Of a stretch of DNA of 64,000 bases, positions 8,425 through 19,089 are shown in pieces. The notes under the pieces were generated by a model, which worked only from the letters and a program-made list of their open reading frames with translations, had not been told where the DNA came from and did not search any database. A program made the position numbers and the translations under genes. The DNA comes from Candidatus Omnitrophota bacterium (lineage in GTDB: Bacteria; Omnitrophota; Gorgyraeia; Tantalellales; Tantalellaceae). The stretch covers positions 5,859 through 69,858 of the forward strand of contig JADGBR010000001.1 in the NCBI GenBank assembly GCA_015231405.1, given 5' to 3'. The stretch's first letter is position 1. The number at the start of each line of letters is the position of its first letter.

Positions 8425-9789
8425 ATGGAAAAATCAGTATCGCTCAGGTATGTTTTTTTTATTCTCCCGGTGATCTTATGGTCATTCCAGGGGCCATGCG
8501 TGTACGCGATCGAAGGGACTCCCGGCAAGATCCAGCTTCCGGACGGCTCAGTCTATGAAGGGAACACCAGGGACGGGGTATACGAAGGCAAGGGAAAATA
8601 TTCCTGGCCAGGAGGTGACGTCTACGAAGGCGAATTCAAGGAGGGCGTGGCCCAGGGGCGAGGGACCTATAAATGGAAAAATGGCGGCCTTTATGAGGGA
8701 GAGTTCGCTCTAGACGAGATGGCGGGGAAAGGAAAAGGGGTTTACATTTCTCCTTCAGGTGAAAGATATGAAGGGGATTTCGAAGACGGCGCGCCCGACG
8801 GCAGAGGAGTTCTCGTTAAGGAGAACGGCGACAGGTATGAAGGGGAGTTCCAAAGGGGCTTTATGACCGGCGAGGGTGTCTACACCGATACAGAAGGCAA
8901 CCGCTACGAAGGAAAATTTCTTAGGGGGATCTTCGCAAATAACAGGGGGAAGCTCACGATAAAAAGCGGTGACGTTTACATAGGTGAAATTAAGAATGGG
9001 AAGCCCAACGGGACATGTATCTGGCAGGGGGCTAACGGCGAACGGTATGAGGGAGAATTCAGGGATGGTACGCTCCTGGGGCAAAAGACCCTGTTCCTCA
9101 TGAACGGCGGAAAATTCAAAGGAAGGATCGAGAACGATCTGCCCCAGGGTAAGGGGATCCTCACCAAACAGGATGGGGACAAATACGAGGCTGATTTCGA
9201 TAAGGGCGAGAGAAAAGGCGACGCTAAGTTGACCAGAGGGAACGGGGACGTTTACAAAGGGCCTTTAAAGAACTGGCTCATGAACGGAAAGGGGCGTTTG
9301 GAGCTTCAAGGCGGGGACGTTTACGAGGGTGATTTTGTCGACGGGGTAATAGAGGGCAGGGGTAGATACATTTCAAAGAATGGTAACACGTATGTAGGCG
9401 ATTTCTCCAAGGGGTATCCCAACGGGTCAGGCGAGTTGACCAGTATGAACGGGGACGTTTATAAAGGAATTTTCAAGAACGGAGTTATGTGGGGGAAAGG
9501 TTCGTATACCTGGAAGAATAAGAGCGTTTACGAGGGCGATTTTATTAACGGCCTTCCTCACGGCAGGGGTATCCTCATCTGGGAGAACGGCGACATATAC
9601 GAAGGCCAGTTCAGCGAAGGGAAACAGAACGGCAAGGGTGTTTATATAGGTATAGACGGGACAAGGTACGACGGCGAGTTCAGGGATAACCGTTTCCATG
9701 GCAAGGGCGTTTACTTCGATATTTCCGGCGAGAAATTCGAAGGTGAGTTCAGCTTTGGCGAATACATGGGTAAACAGCAGAAAAATTGA
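8425..9789 (+). CDS. MORN repeat protein, secreted
   Basis: Signal peptide then ~18 tandem ~23-aa YEGEF.DG...G.G units (MORN motif). Confidence 0.8.
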   Translation: MEKSVSLRYVFFILPVILWSFQGPCVYAIEGTPGKIQLPDGSVYEGNTRDGVYEGKGKYSWPGGDVYEGEFKEGVAQGRGTYKWKNGGLYEGEFALDEMAGKGKGVYISPSGERYEGDFEDGAPDGRGVLVKENGDRYEGEFQRGFMTGEGVYTDTEGNRYEGKFLRGIFANNRGKLTIKSGDVYIGEIKNGKPNGTCIWQGANGERYEGEFRDGTLLGQKTLFLMNGGKFKGRIENDLPQGKGILTKQDGDKYEADFDKGERKGDAKLTRGNGDVYKGPLKNWLMNGKGRLELQGGDVYEGDFVDGVIEGRGRYISKNGNTYVGDFSKGYPNGSGELTSMNGDVYKGIFKNGVMWGKGSYTWKNKSVYEGDFINGLPHGRGILIWENGDIYEGQFSEGKQNGKGVYIGIDGTRYDGEFRDNRFHGKGVYFDISGEKFEGEFSFGEYMGKQQKN

Positions 9790-9928
9790 TATCTTCTGGA
9801 ACTTTTTTCATACCATATCTGTTATATTTAATGAAGTGTTTTTTTATTTGAGAAATAATTATTTTTAATGTATCATATAGAACTGATTTCGTATCATAAA
9901 TAACAAGCTAGTCAGGAGGGTGATATCT

Positions 9929-10375
9929 ATGAAATTCGGTCTTATCGTTGTGCTTGTCATGGTCTTGTGTTTACCGTTCGTCGCGGCGACTTCTTCTTTC
10001 GGGGACGCGGCGGATCTTCTGAAGCAGGGACTGCTTGGAGCGGGTACGGGCGCCGCGGCCAGCGCCGTAGGTAAAGGTAATGCAGGGACAGGCGCTCTTG
10101 TCGGAGCCGGCGTCGGAATTCTTGGGAACACTGTTTTAGACAGCATAACCAACAAACCCGCGCCCCAGCCTCAATACCAGCAGGCTCCCGTAGTTTATCA
10201 GCAAGCCCCGGTACAGTACCAGCAGGCGCCGGTACAATACCAGCAGCAGGCCCCGTATCAGCAGTCCAAAGACGCGTATTCGACTGGGTACGAGGATGGG
10301 TACAGCAACGGTTATAAGGCGGGTTATACGGCAGGATATAAAGAAGGCCTTCAGGAAGCTTACAAAAAGGAATGA
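9929..10375 (+). CDS. glycine-zipper (YMGG-like) secreted/lipoprotein-like protein with Q-rich YQQAPV repeats
   Basis: Hydrophobic N-terminus, GAGTGAAASAVGKGNAGTGALVGAGVGILG glycine zipper, then tandem YQQAPVQ repeats encoded by a 21-nt DNA repeat (10180..10265). Confidence 0.5.
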   Translation: MKFGLIVVLVMVLCLPFVAATSSFGDAADLLKQGLLGAGTGAAASAVGKGNAGTGALVGAGVGILGNTVLDSITNKPAPQPQYQQAPVVYQQAPVQYQQAPVQYQQQAPYQQSKDAYSTGYEDGYSNGYKAGYTAGYKEGLQEAYKKE

Positions 10376-10401
10376 TCGCACCGCCCCTTCGTGCAGTGAA
10401 A

Positions 10402-10475
10402 GCGAGCGTAGCACAGTGGTAGTGCAGAAGCCTTCCAAGCTTCCTACGAGGGTTCGATTCCCTTCGCTCGCTCCA
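10402..10475 (+). tRNA. tRNA-Gly (anticodon TCC)
   Basis: Cloverleaf read by hand: acceptor GCGAGCG/CGCTCGC, anticodon loop CTTCCAA, T-arm GAGGGTTCGATTCCCTC, encoded CCA. Confidence 0.85.
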
Positions 10476-10545
10476 GTTTTTAACCCTCAAAAAAATAATT
10501 TTCTATGATCCGCTCTTTCATAAAATATTATTTTCCATTATTTTC

Positions 10546-10573
10546 TTGACAGAAACTTTTTTTTTGATAAAAT
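10546..10573 (+). promoter_or_regulatory. sigma70-like promoter with extended -10 (TTGACA, 16-nt spacer, TGATAAAAT)
   Basis: Read directly upstream of tRNA-Thr and tuf. Confidence 0.45.
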
Positions 10574-10697
10574 CTAAAGCTCAACATATCTATATAAAGG
10601 TTAAATTAAGAAACTCCCAACAATACAAAGCCCGATCGATTCGGGCTATGGGAGAAGTTTAGTTTTAATAAAAGATATTCTTTTTTTAAAACCGCCG

Positions 10698-10773
10698 GCC
10701 CATGTAGCTCAGCTGGTAGAGCACATCCATGGTAAGGATGGGGTCGCCAGTTCGATTCTGGCCGTGGGCTCCA
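10698..10773 (+). tRNA. tRNA-Thr (anticodon GGT)
   Basis: Acceptor GCCCATG/CGTGGGC, anticodon loop ATGGTAA, T-arm GCCAGTTCGATTCTGGC, CCA encoded. Classic tRNA-Thr-tuf arrangement. Confidence 0.85.
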
Positions 10774-10821
10774 TTTAACCTAAAAGTTGTTGGGAGTATT
10801 TTCAGTGGTCGCTATTTTTTA

Positions 10822-12056
10822 GGAGGACAAAGTTATGGCAAAAGCGAAATTTGAAAGAAATAAACCGCATATGAACATAGGGACGATCGGACATGTTGAC
10901 CATGGGAAGACATCGCTGACATCCGTGATAACTATGTATCTCGCCAATAAAGGCATGGCGGAAAGAAGGAACTATGACACGATCGACAAGGCTCCGGAAG
11001 AAAGGGAAAGAGGCATAACGATCGCGGTCGCGCATGTTGAGTATGAGACCGTGAAAAGGCATTATGCGCACATAGATTGTCCGGGTCACGCTGACTACAT
11101 CAAGAACATGATAACGGGCGCGGCGCAGATGGACGGGGCTATACTGGTAGTGTCGGCCGCGGACGGTCCGATGCCGCAGACGAGGGAGCACATACTTCTT
11201 GCCAGGCAGGTCAACGTGCCTGCGATAGTCGTGTGTATGAATAAAGTGGACCAGGTAGACGATCCGGAGCTTTTGGACCTTGTGGAGCTTGAGGTGAGGG
11301 AGCTGTTGAATAAGTACGGTTTCCCCGGCGACACGACTCCGATAATAAAGGGAAGCGCGCTAAAGGCGCTTGAGGTTGAAGGAGCGGTCGACAGCCCGCA
11401 CTGCAAATTCATCCAGGAGCTGATGGACGCGTGCGACGCGTTCATACCGCAGCCGGTCCGTGAAATAGAGAAGCCGTTCCTGATGCCGATAGAGGACATA
11501 TTCAGCATAACGGGAAGAGGCACCGTCGCCACCGGCAGGATCGAGAGGGGCCAGGTTAAGGTCGGCGAGGAAATAGAGATAGTAGGAATAAAGGACACGG
11601 TCAAGTCGGTAGTCACGGGAGTCGAGATGTTCAGGAAGATACTTGACTCGGGTCAGGCCGGAGATAATGTCGGGATACTTTTAAGGGGTATAGATAAGAC
11701 GAACCTGGTAAGAGGGCAGGTATTAGCCGCGCCGGGTTCGATAAAGCCGCACAAGAGGTTCAAGGCGTCGATATACATACTGTCGAAAGAGGAAGGCGGA
11801 AGACATACGCCGTTCTTCGCGGGATACAGGCCGCAGTTCTACATAAGGACGACGGACGTGACGGGTATGACGAAGCTGCCCGCGGGCGTGGAGATGGTAA
11901 TGCCGGGCGACAACATAGCGCTCGAGATAGAGTTGATAACTCCCGTCGCGCTCGAGAAAGAGCTGAGGTTCGCGATAAGGGAAGGCGGTCATACGGTAGG
12001 GGCCGGAGTTATATCGGAGATTTTGGAATAAGCTCTCAGCCATCAGCTGAAAGCTA
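10822..12056. repeat. tuf-containing duplicated segment, copy 1 (~1.2 kb, near-identical to 26131..27365)
   Basis: Identical 398-aa products and identical antisense ORFs; identity runs from the AGGAGGAC RBS through the GCTCTCAGCCATCAGCTGAAAGCT trailer. Confidence 0.85.
10835..12031 (+). CDS. tuf: elongation factor Tu (copy 1)
   Basis: GHVDHGKT P-loop, [12 protein letters not shown] motifs; 398 aa. Confidence 0.97.
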   Translation: MAKAKFERNKPHMNIGTIGHVDHGKTSLTSVITMYLANKGMAERRNYDTIDKAPEERERGITIAVAHVEYETVKRHYAHIDCPGHADYIKNMITGAAQMDGAILVVSAADGPMPQTREHILLARQVNVPAIVVCMNKVDQVDDPELLDLVELEVRELLNKYGFPGDTTPIIKGSALKALEVEGAVDSPHCKFIQELMDACDAFIPQPVREIEKPFLMPIEDIFSITGRGTVATGRIERGQVKVGEEIEIVGIKDTVKSVVTGVEMFRKILDSGQAGDNVGILLRGIDKTNLVRGQVLAAPGSIKPHKRFKASIYILSKEEGGRHTPFFAGYRPQFYIRTTDVTGMTKLPAGVEMVMPGDNIALEIELITPVALEKELRFAIREGGHTVGAGVISEILE

Positions 12057-12074
12057 AAAAGATACGGAGCAAAC

Positions 12075-12245
12075 ATGGCTAAAAAAAAAGGAGTAATCGA
12101 AAACGTCCAATTGCAGTGCGAATCCTGCAAACAGCGGAATTATTCGATACGCAAGAACAGGAAAAAGAACCCTGACAGGATGGAAGTCAGCAAATACTGC
12201 CCATTTGAACGAGTGCATAAAAAGCACAAGGAGATAAAAAAGTGA
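12075..12245 (+). CDS. rpmG: 50S ribosomal protein L33
   Basis: Unlisted 56-aa ORF MAKKKGVIENVQLQCESCKQRNYSIRKNRKKNPDRMEVSKYCPFERVHKKHKEIKK (zinc-ribbon L33); sits between tuf and tRNA-Trp. Confidence 0.85.
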   Translation: MAKKKGVIENVQLQCESCKQRNYSIRKNRKKNPDRMEVSKYCPFERVHKKHKEIKK

Positions 12246-12246
12246 C

Positions 12247-12323
12247 GCAGGAGAGTAGCTCAATTGGCAGAGCACCGGTCTCCAAAACCGGTTGTTGCAG
12301 GTTCGAAGCCTGTCTCTCCTGCC
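12247..12323 (+). tRNA. tRNA-Trp (anticodon CCA)
   Basis: Acceptor GCAGGAG/CTCCTGC, anticodon loop CTCCAAA, T-arm GCAGGTTCGAAGCCTGT; canonical position upstream of secE-nusG. Confidence 0.85.
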
Positions 12324-12354
12324 AGGTTATTCTCAACTACCGAGAGGGTGGAAA

Positions 12355-12546
12355 ATGAAAAGAGTAAATCAATTTTTAGGGCAGGTAAAGACCGAAATGG
12401 AAAAAGTGGCGTGGCCGTCAAAAGATGAGCTTACCACATCCACGATCGTTGTTATCATCTCAACCATTCTCCTGGGAATCTTTATAGGGATATGTGACGT
12501 AGTCCTGGCCCGGGTCGTAAATTTTTTAATAGGCGGGGTAATTTAA
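12355..12546 (+). CDS. secE: preprotein translocase subunit SecE
   Basis: 63-aa product MKRVNQFLGQVKTEMEKVAWPSKDEL + single TM; the ORF track's upstream extension overlaps the tRNA-Trp sequence. Confidence 0.8.
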   Translation: MKRVNQFLGQVKTEMEKVAWPSKDELTTSTIVVIISTILLGIFIGICDVVLARVVNFLIGGVI

Positions 12547-13079
12547 TGGCTAAGAAATGGTATGTCATCCATACTCAGACGGGCCGGGAGAATTCGGCTA
12601 AAAAAAGTCTGGAAAAAATACTAGAAAGAGAGCCGGAGGGAAAGGAGTTCATATCGAGGGTGTTGATCCCTACCGAAAAAGTGGCCGAGGTCAGATCGGG
12701 AGAAAAGAAAATATCCGAAAGAAAATTCTTCCCGGGGTACCTGTTGGTCGAGATGGAGCTTAATGACAAAAGCTGGTATATAATCAAAAAAACGGCAGGG
12801 GTGGTTGGTTTCGTAGGGTCGAAAACCAAGCCCGTGGCGCTCCGGGAAGACGAGGTAGCTGAGATCCTGGAGCAAACAAAAGAATCGAAGGCGAAACCTG
12901 TGCCGAAGATCCTCTTCAGGACGGGAGAGGTGGTAAGGGTTAAGGAAGGGCCGTTCAAGAATTTTTCAGGGACTATCGAGGAGACGAACCTCGAGAAAGG
13001 CAAAATTAAGGTTATGATATCTATTTTCGGAAGGGCGACGCCCGTTGATCTGGAAACGTGGCAAGTCGAGAAAATGTAA
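12546..13079 (+). CDS. nusG: transcription antitermination factor NusG
   Basis: N-terminal KWYVIHTQTGRE NGN domain and C-terminal KOW motif; TAATG overlap with secE. Confidence 0.93.
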   Translation: MAKKWYVIHTQTGRENSAKKSLEKILEREPEGKEFISRVLIPTEKVAEVRSGEKKISERKFFPGYLLVEMELNDKSWYIIKKTAGVVGFVGSKTKPVALREDEVAEILEQTKESKAKPVPKILFRTGEVVRVKEGPFKNFSGTIEETNLEKGKIKVMISIFGRATPVDLETWQVEKM

Positions 13080-13097
13080 AAGAAAAAAGGAAATAAC

Positions 13098-13523
13098 ATG
13101 GCAAAAAAAGTAAAAACTACCATTAAGTTATATTGCCCGGGCGGACAGGCTAACCCGGCGCCCCCGGTAGGACCGGCTCTCGGCCAGCACGGGTTGCAGA
13201 TCATGGATTTTTGCAAGCAGTTCAACGAAAGAACGAAAGACAGGCCTGGCATGCTGCTTCCCGCTCTCATTACCGTATATGAGGACAGGACTTTCACGTT
13301 CATCATCAAAAGCCCGCCGGCCAGCGTATTGCTGAAGAAGGCCGCAGGTCTCGCAAAGGCAAGCAGTAATCCCAAAGCGGAAAAGTGCGGTAGCGTTACG
13401 ATGCAGCAGGTTAGGGAAATTGCCAAGGACAAAAAGGAAGACCTCAACACCGAGGACATGGAACAAGCCGTCAAGATGATCAAAGGCTCCGCCAGAAGTA
13501 TGGGAATAGAGGTCAAGGAATAA
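13098..13523 (+). CDS. rplK: 50S ribosomal protein L11
   Basis: [34 protein letters not shown] signature. Confidence 0.95.
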   Translation: MAKKVKTTIKLYCPGGQANPAPPVGPALGQHGLQIMDFCKQFNERTKDRPGMLLPALITVYEDRTFTFIIKSPPASVLLKKAAGLAKASSNPKAEKCGSVTMQQVREIAKDKKEDLNTEDMEQAVKMIKGSARSMGIEVKE

Positions 13524-13562
13524 ATAACTCCGTTAAAAATAATCAATAGAGAGGGAATTAAA

Positions 13563-14252
13563 ATGGTAAAGTTTTCGAAACGTAAGAAGGCGATGAACGC
13601 CCTTGTGGCAGGGAAAAATGATAGCGGCCTGGATGACGCGATCGCGGTACTTAAGAAAGCCCCGGCCGTGAAGTTCGACCAGACCGTCGAGATATCTATG
13701 CACCTTGACCTCGAGCAATCCACCAACCCCATCAGGGGAACTGTCAGCCTGCCGAATGGTACCGGTAAAAAGGTCAGGGTAGCGGTTTTCTGTAAGGGAG
13801 ACCATGAGACCGCGGCGAAAAAAGCCGGTGCGGACCATGTCGGCAGCGACGATCTCATCCTTAAGATACAGGAAGGCTGGCTTGATTTCGACGTGGCTGT
13901 GGCGACTCCGGATATGATGAGGGACATGGCGAAGCTCGGAAAAGTGTTGGGTCCCAGAGGGCTTATGCCTAACCCAAAACTGGGGACGGTCACTACGGAA
14001 TTGGCGAAGATAATAAAGGAGCTCAAGGCCGGAAAGATAGAGTTCAAGATGGATAAGCAGTCCGAAGTTAAAGGGCCCGTAGGGAAGCTGTCTTTTAACT
14101 CACAGTCGCTCGCCGAGAATATACGGATGTTCATTGAGACCGTGATGAACTCAAACCCGAAACTACAGCGTATACAGAACATCAAGTCCATATCGATATC
14201 CTCGACAATGGGCCCTGGAATTATGCTGGACAAGAACCAATTCGTTAAATAA
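13563..14252 (+). CDS. rplA: 50S ribosomal protein L1
   Basis: Conserved L1 sequence; position in L11 operon. Confidence 0.95.
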   Translation: MVKFSKRKKAMNALVAGKNDSGLDDAIAVLKKAPAVKFDQTVEISMHLDLEQSTNPIRGTVSLPNGTGKKVRVAVFCKGDHETAAKKAGADHVGSDDLILKIQEGWLDFDVAVATPDMMRDMAKLGKVLGPRGLMPNPKLGTVTTELAKIIKELKAGKIEFKMDKQSEVKGPVGKLSFNSQSLAENIRMFIETVMNSNPKLQRIQNIKSISISSTMGPGIMLDKNQFVK

Positions 14253-14266
14253 GAGGTGAAAAGATC

Positions 14267-14806
14267 ATGGCTGAAAAATACGGAAAGAAAGTCAGGGCGT
14301 TAATGATCAAGGAGATGGAGACCGCTTTCGGGAAGAAGGGGTTCATCTTTTCAAGCTATTCCGATATCAAAGCTTCGGATATCACAGCTTTCAGGAAGAA
14401 GGTGAGAGCGAAGGGGTCCAAGTACTTTGTGGTGAAAAAGAGGCTCGGAAAAAAAGCCCTGGAGAAAAAAGGAATAAGCGGCCTTGACGAGATGTTCAAG
14501 GATAAGAAGCATGTCGGGATAACGACCATAGAGAACGATCCCGTTGAGATAGCGAAACTGCTCAAGGAATTCGCGAAGCTCAATAAGAATTTCACCGTTT
14601 CAGGCGGTTGTCTTGAGGGTAACGTGCTCGGTCCGGATCGAGTAAAAGATCTTGCCGATCTTCCGAGCAGAGAGGTGCTTATAGCGAAGGTGCTTGGGAC
14701 TATGAACGCGCCGGTCACAAGTTTTGTGGGTGTTTTGTCCTCGTTGCTGAGGAGTGTTTGTTATACGATCAACGCGATCAAGGATAAAAAGGAAAGCGGT
14801 AAATAA
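14267..14806 (+). CDS. rplJ: 50S ribosomal protein L10
   Basis: L10 fold and position upstream of rplL. Confidence 0.9.
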   Translation: MAEKYGKKVRALMIKEMETAFGKKGFIFSSYSDIKASDITAFRKKVRAKGSKYFVVKKRLGKKALEKKGISGLDEMFKDKKHVGITTIENDPVEIAKLLKEFAKLNKNFTVSGGCLEGNVLGPDRVKDLADLPSREVLIAKVLGTMNAPVTSFVGVLSSLLRSVCYTINAIKDKKESGK

Positions 14807-14819
14807 GGGAGGAAATAAG

Positions 14820-15284
14820 ATGAGCGAAGAAAAAAAACAGGGTGTGGGTGAAGGGGCTACGGCGACCGAGGATGCGCCAAAAGCGAAGGTCAAGGTTTCC
14901 GATAAGCTGGAGAACATAATTAAGTCCGTCGAACAGATGACGGTCCTCGAGCTTTCAGATCTCGTCAAGGCTCTCGAACAGAGATTTGGCGTTTCGGCGG
15001 CGGCTCCGGTGGCTGTTCAGGCCGCTGGTGTTCCGGGCGCGGCGGCGGGTGCGGCGGCGCAGGAAGAGGAAAAGACCATTTTCACGGTCGTTCTTGCCGA
15101 TGCCGGCGCTCAGAAGATCCAGGTGATCAAAGAGATACGCGCGCTTACAAATCTCGGCCTCAAGGAAGCTAAAGATCTGGTCGAGTCCGCTCCTAAGGAG
15201 ATCAAGACCGATGTCCAGAAGGAAGAGGCTCAGAAGATCAAGAAGCAGCTTGAAGCGGTCGGCGCGAAAGTCGAACTTAAGTAA
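14820..15284 (+). CDS. rplL: 50S ribosomal protein L7/L12 (with ~26-aa N-terminal extension)
   Basis: C-terminal domain ...[27 protein letters not shown]...; A-rich hinge; ATG 14820 after AGGGAGG RBS within ORF 14754..15284. Confidence 0.9.
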   Translation: MSEEKKQGVGEGATATEDAPKAKVKVSDKLENIIKSVEQMTVLELSDLVKALEQRFGVSAAAPVAVQAAGVPGAAAGAAAQEEEKTIFTVVLADAGAQKIQVIKEIRALTNLGLKEAKDLVESAPKEIKTDVQKEEAQKIKKQLEAVGAKVELK

Positions 15285-15349
15285 TTCACTTGTTCGGTGC
15301 GATCGAAGCGTGATATCTCTTTTACGCCAAAACGGAGGGTAAATACCCA

Positions 15350-18300
15350 ATGGTTCTAAAGAATAAGCGGCAAACATACGCTAGGCTTACAAACGTGTTT
15401 GAATTGCCAAATCTTATTAAGATTCAGGTCGATTCATACAAGGATTTTCTCCAGATAGAGGCTTCCAGGACAAAAAGGAAAAAGCAGGGCCTGGAAGGCG
15501 TTCTCTGCGAGGTTTTCCCTATCGATAGTCCTGACGGCCAGTATTCTCTTGAATACCTGTATTACGACATCGGTAAGCCAAAGTACGACATAGATGAATG
15601 CAAGAACAGGTCCATGACGTTCGGGGCTCCTCTTAGGATAAAGCTCAGGCTTAAATCCGTAAAGGAGGTCAAGGAGCAGGAAGTTTATGTCGGGGAAATA
15701 CCGCTCATGTCCAACAAGGGAACCTTCGTCATCAACGGGGATGAAAGGGTGGTAGTGAACCAGCTTCACAGGTCACCCGGTGTTTCTTTCGAGGAGACCG
15801 GAACGCCTACCGGGAAGATATCTTTCGCGGCCAGGCTTATACCGGACAGGGGGGCGTGGATCGAGTTCCTTTACGACAGGAACGACCTCTTGTACGTTTT
15901 TATTGATAGAAAAAGAAAATTCCTTGCCACGACTTTTCTTCGTATTTTCGGTCTGTCCAAGGATGAGGAAATACTCGCAGCGTTCGGAGGGGTCGATCAG
16001 GTGATCCTGACGAGGCAGAAACAGTGCGAAGATCTTGTCGGGAGGGTTCTGGCGGAAGACATAATTGACACGGTCTCAAATTCGATCCTGGCGCAGAAAA
16101 CCGAGAAAATAACACAGTCCGTAGCCGACAGACTGTGGGACGGGAAAATCAGGGAAGTTAAATTACTCAGGAATGTCCCGAAAGAAGTGGTCAACACTCT
16201 TGAACATGACAGCACGAAGACAAGGGAGGAAGCCTATCTCGATATTTATAAAAGGCTCCGCCCCGGCGACCCGCCGACGCTTGAATCCGCCACAGAGCTT
16301 ATCAACCAGATGTTCTTCGACAAGAGAAGATACGATCTTACCCATGTCGGCGTCCGCATGATAAACCGCAAGCTTGGTATGGACAGGTCTCTGGACGTTC
16401 AACTCCTGGACGCCGAAACCCTGGTCAAAGCCGTCAATTATCTTCTCGCCATAAAGACGGGCGAAAAGAGTACCGACGATATAGACCACTTGGGTAACAG
16501 GCGTGTGAGAAGCGTAGGAGAACAGCTCATCAATCAGATACGCATAGGTATGGCCAGGGTTGAGAGGGTCACCCGGGAAAGGATGGGAGTTTATGACATG
16601 GAAGATGTCATGCCCCACAACCTGGTTAATACAAAACTTATAGCTAGCTGTATCCATGACTTTTTCGCGAGGGGGAGATTATCTCAGTTCATGGACCAGA
16701 CAAATCCTCTCGCCGAGCTTACACATTTGAGGAGGCTCAGCGCCCTGGGCCCCGGAGGTTTGAACAGAGAAAGAGCCGGATTTGAAGTAAGGGACGTACA
16801 TTATTCCCATTACGGAAGGCTTTGTCCCATAGAAACCCCGGAAGGGCCTAACATAGGACTTATAAACTCTTTGAGCACTTACGCGGGTGTAGATGAGTTT
16901 GGGTTCCTTGTCACTCCATACAAAAAAGTCGTTGACGGGAAAGTTACCGGAAAGATCGAATATCTTTCCGCAGATATAGAAGATAATTACATCATCGCAC
17001 AGGCTAATTCCCTGGTCGACGAAGAAGGTTCTTTTAAGAGCAGCAAGATATTTTCGCGTTTTAAGGACGATTTCCTTGTTGCCGATAAGAACGACGTCCA
17101 GTACATGGACGTGTCTCCGATACAGCTCGTAAGCGTTTGCGCAGGCCTTATCCCGTTCCTTGAACATGACGACGCCAACAGGGCGCTGATGGGTTCAAAC
17201 ATGCAGAGACAGGCTGTTCCTCTTTTATTTCCCCAAGAGCCGCTGGTCGGTACAGGCATCGAGGGTAGAGTGGCGGTGGATTCGGGCGCGGTAGAAGTTG
17301 CCAGGAAAGAAGGGAAAGTGACTAAGGTTGACGCCCTGGAGATAGTGATCGCCGGGGAGAAATATCCGCTGAAGAAGTTTGACCGGACCAACGCGCGAAC
17401 TTCGATAAACCAGCGCCCGCTTGTTAAGATCGGTGACGAGGTCAAGGAAGGGCAGTCCATAGCGGATGGTATTTCGACGAAGAACGGTGAATTAGCCCTT
17501 GGCCGGAATATCCTGGTGGGATTTATGTCGTGGAGGGGGTATAACTTCGAGGACGCCATTCTCATCAGCGAAAAGGTACTGAAAGAGGACGCGTTCACTT
17601 CCGTGCACGTCTATAAATTTGAACTTGAAGCCAGAGACACAAGGTTGGGCAACGAGGAAGTTACGCGAGATATACCGAATGTTTCCGAGGACGCGCTTAA
17701 GAACCTGGACGAGAACGGCATTATCCGGATCGGCGCCGAAGTCGGTCCGAACAGCATTCTGGTCGGTAAAGTAGCGCCGAAATCCGAGACGGAACTTTCT
17801 CCTGAAGAGAAGCTTTTAAGGGCCATTTTCGGCGAAAAAGCCGGTGACGTGAAAGACGTGTCCCTTCGGGTACCTTCCGGAGTTAAAGGCATTGTAGTAG
17901 GCATAAAAGAGCTTACGAGGAAAACTGGAAAAACCCTTTCTAAAGATCAGAAGAGGCAGGACTCGAAAGAGAAGAAAGCGGTCAAAGAAGGTTATGACAT
18001 GATCCTCGAAAACCTCGAGGGGAAAAAGGCCGAGAGGGTCCATCAGAAACTGATCGGCTCGAAGCTGGTCAACGACCTTTTGGAGATAGAGACCGGCAAG
18101 GTGTTGCTAAAAGGCGGAAAGACGATCGTCGAATCCGACTTGGAGAAATTCAAAAAGGCCGATCTCGAGGAGATCTGCGTCGAGGATGAAAAACTGCAGT
18201 CTAAAATAAACAGCGTTGTAATGACCATCGAGGGGCAGATAGAACAGACCAATGCCGAGCTTGAAAGGGAGATAGACAGGATAGAGCACGGCGACGAACT

Positions 18301-19060
18301 TCCGGCGGGCGTCTTGAGACGTATCACGGTTTTCGTAGCCACTAAGAGGAAGCTCCAGGCCGGTGATAAGATGGCCGGAAGGCACGGGAACAAAGGCGTA
18401 ATAGCCAAAATAGTTCCCGAGCAGGATATGCCTTTCCTTCCTGACGGAACCCCTCTTGACATAGTGCTGAACCCCCTTGGCGTACCGAGCAGGATGAACA
18501 TAGGACAGCTTCTTGAGACACAGCTGGGTTGGGCCGCGAAGGTGCTGGGGAAGAAAGTTACAACGAACGTTTTTGACGGCGCTTCGGAAGATGATATAAG
18601 GAAAGCCATGAAGGAAGCGGGGCTTCCTGAATCAGGCAAAATAAGGCTTCGCGACGGTTTTACCGGGGAGCCTTTCGATCAGGAAGTTACGGTCGGTTTC
18701 ATATATCTTCTTAAGCTTGCCCATCTGGCCGATGATAAGATGCACGCAAGAAGTATTGGGCCTTATTCGCTCGTCACCCAGCAGCCCCTCGGTGGTAAGG
18801 CGCAGTTCGGAGGCCAGAGGTTCGGAGAAATGGAAGTCTGGGCGCTGGAGGCTTACGGCGCGGCTTATACGCTTCAGGAACTCTTGACGGTGAAAAGCGA
18901 CGACGTACAGGGCAGGACCAAGATATATGAGGCTATCGTCAAGGGAGAGAATATGGTGCAAACCAGCACTCCCGAGTCCTTCAACGTCTTGATAAAAGAA
19001 CTCCAGAGCCTGGGCCTTGACGTCCAGCTCCAGCAATTGGAAAAAACAGAGGCGATTTAG
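15350..19060 (+). CDS. rpoB: DNA-directed RNA polymerase subunit beta
   Basis: 1236 aa; conserved beta-subunit blocks (e.g. [13 protein letters not shown], rifampicin-cluster region). Confidence 0.97.
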   Translation: MVLKNKRQTYARLTNVFELPNLIKIQVDSYKDFLQIEASRTKRKKQGLEGVLCEVFPIDSPDGQYSLEYLYYDIGKPKYDIDECKNRSMTFGAPLRIKLRLKSVKEVKEQEVYVGEIPLMSNKGTFVINGDERVVVNQLHRSPGVSFEETGTPTGKISFAARLIPDRGAWIEFLYDRNDLLYVFIDRKRKFLATTFLRIFGLSKDEEILAAFGGVDQVILTRQKQCEDLVGRVLAEDIIDTVSNSILAQKTEKITQSVADRLWDGKIREVKLLRNVPKEVVNTLEHDSTKTREEAYLDIYKRLRPGDPPTLESATELINQMFFDKRRYDLTHVGVRMINRKLGMDRSLDVQLLDAETLVKAVNYLLAIKTGEKSTDDIDHLGNRRVRSVGEQLINQIRIGMARVERVTRERMGVYDMEDVMPHNLVNTKLIASCIHDFFARGRLSQFMDQTNPLAELTHLRRLSALGPGGLNRERAGFEVRDVHYSHYGRLCPIETPEGPNIGLINSLSTYAGVDEFGFLVTPYKKVVDGKVTGKIEYLSADIEDNYIIAQANSLVDEEGSFKSSKIFSRFKDDFLVADKNDVQYMDVSPIQLVSVCAGLIPFLEHDDANRALMGSNMQRQAVPLLFPQEPLVGTGIEGRVAVDSGAVEVARKEGKVTKVDALEIVIAGEKYPLKKFDRTNARTSINQRPLVKIGDEVKEGQSIADGISTKNGELALGRNILVGFMSWRGYNFEDAILISEKVLKEDAFTSVHVYKFELEARDTRLGNEEVTRDIPNVSEDALKNLDENGIIRIGAEVGPNSILVGKVAPKSETELSPEEKLLRAIFGEKAGDVKDVSLRVPSGVKGIVVGIKELTRKTGKTLSKDQKRQDSKEKKAVKEGYDMILENLEGKKAERVHQKLIGSKLVNDLLEIETGKVLLKGGKTIVESDLEKFKKADLEEICVEDEKLQSKINSVVMTIEGQIEQTNAELEREIDRIEHGDELPAGVLRRITVFVATKRKLQAGDKMAGRHGNKGVIAKIVPEQDMPFLPDGTPLDIVLNPLGVPSRMNIGQLLETQLGWAAKVLGKKVTTNVFDGASEDDIRKAMKEAGLPESGKIRLRDGFTGEPFDQEVTVGFIYLLKLAHLADDKMHARSIGPYSLVTQQPLGGKAQFGGQRFGEMEVWALEAYGAAYTLQELLTVKSDDVQGRTKIYEAIVKGENMVQTSTPESFNVLIKELQSLGLDVQLQQLEKTEAI

Positions 19061-19089
19061 AACAACCTAATCCAATATTGAGGTAAACG

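Noticed and set aside
9957-10490. 177-aa minus-strand ORF
   Set aside because: Overlaps the Gly-zipper gene and runs through tRNA-Gly; Arg/Pro-rich low-complexity translation of the antisense of a repeat region.
10802-11191. Minus-strand 129/173-aa ORFs duplicated at 26117..26925
   Set aside because: They are antisense to the two identical tuf copies, so their duplication is a by-product of the tuf repeat, not evidence of a real gene.
12292-12354. N-terminal extension of the secE ORF in the track
   Set aside because: That stretch is the 3' half of tRNA-Trp; the SecE start is the internal ATG at 12355 with its own RBS.
12575-14233. 552-aa ORF on the minus strand
   Set aside because: Entirely antisense to nusG, rplK and rplA, which have unambiguous ribosomal-protein signatures; no RBS or motif; typical stop-poor antisense frame of highly expressed genes.
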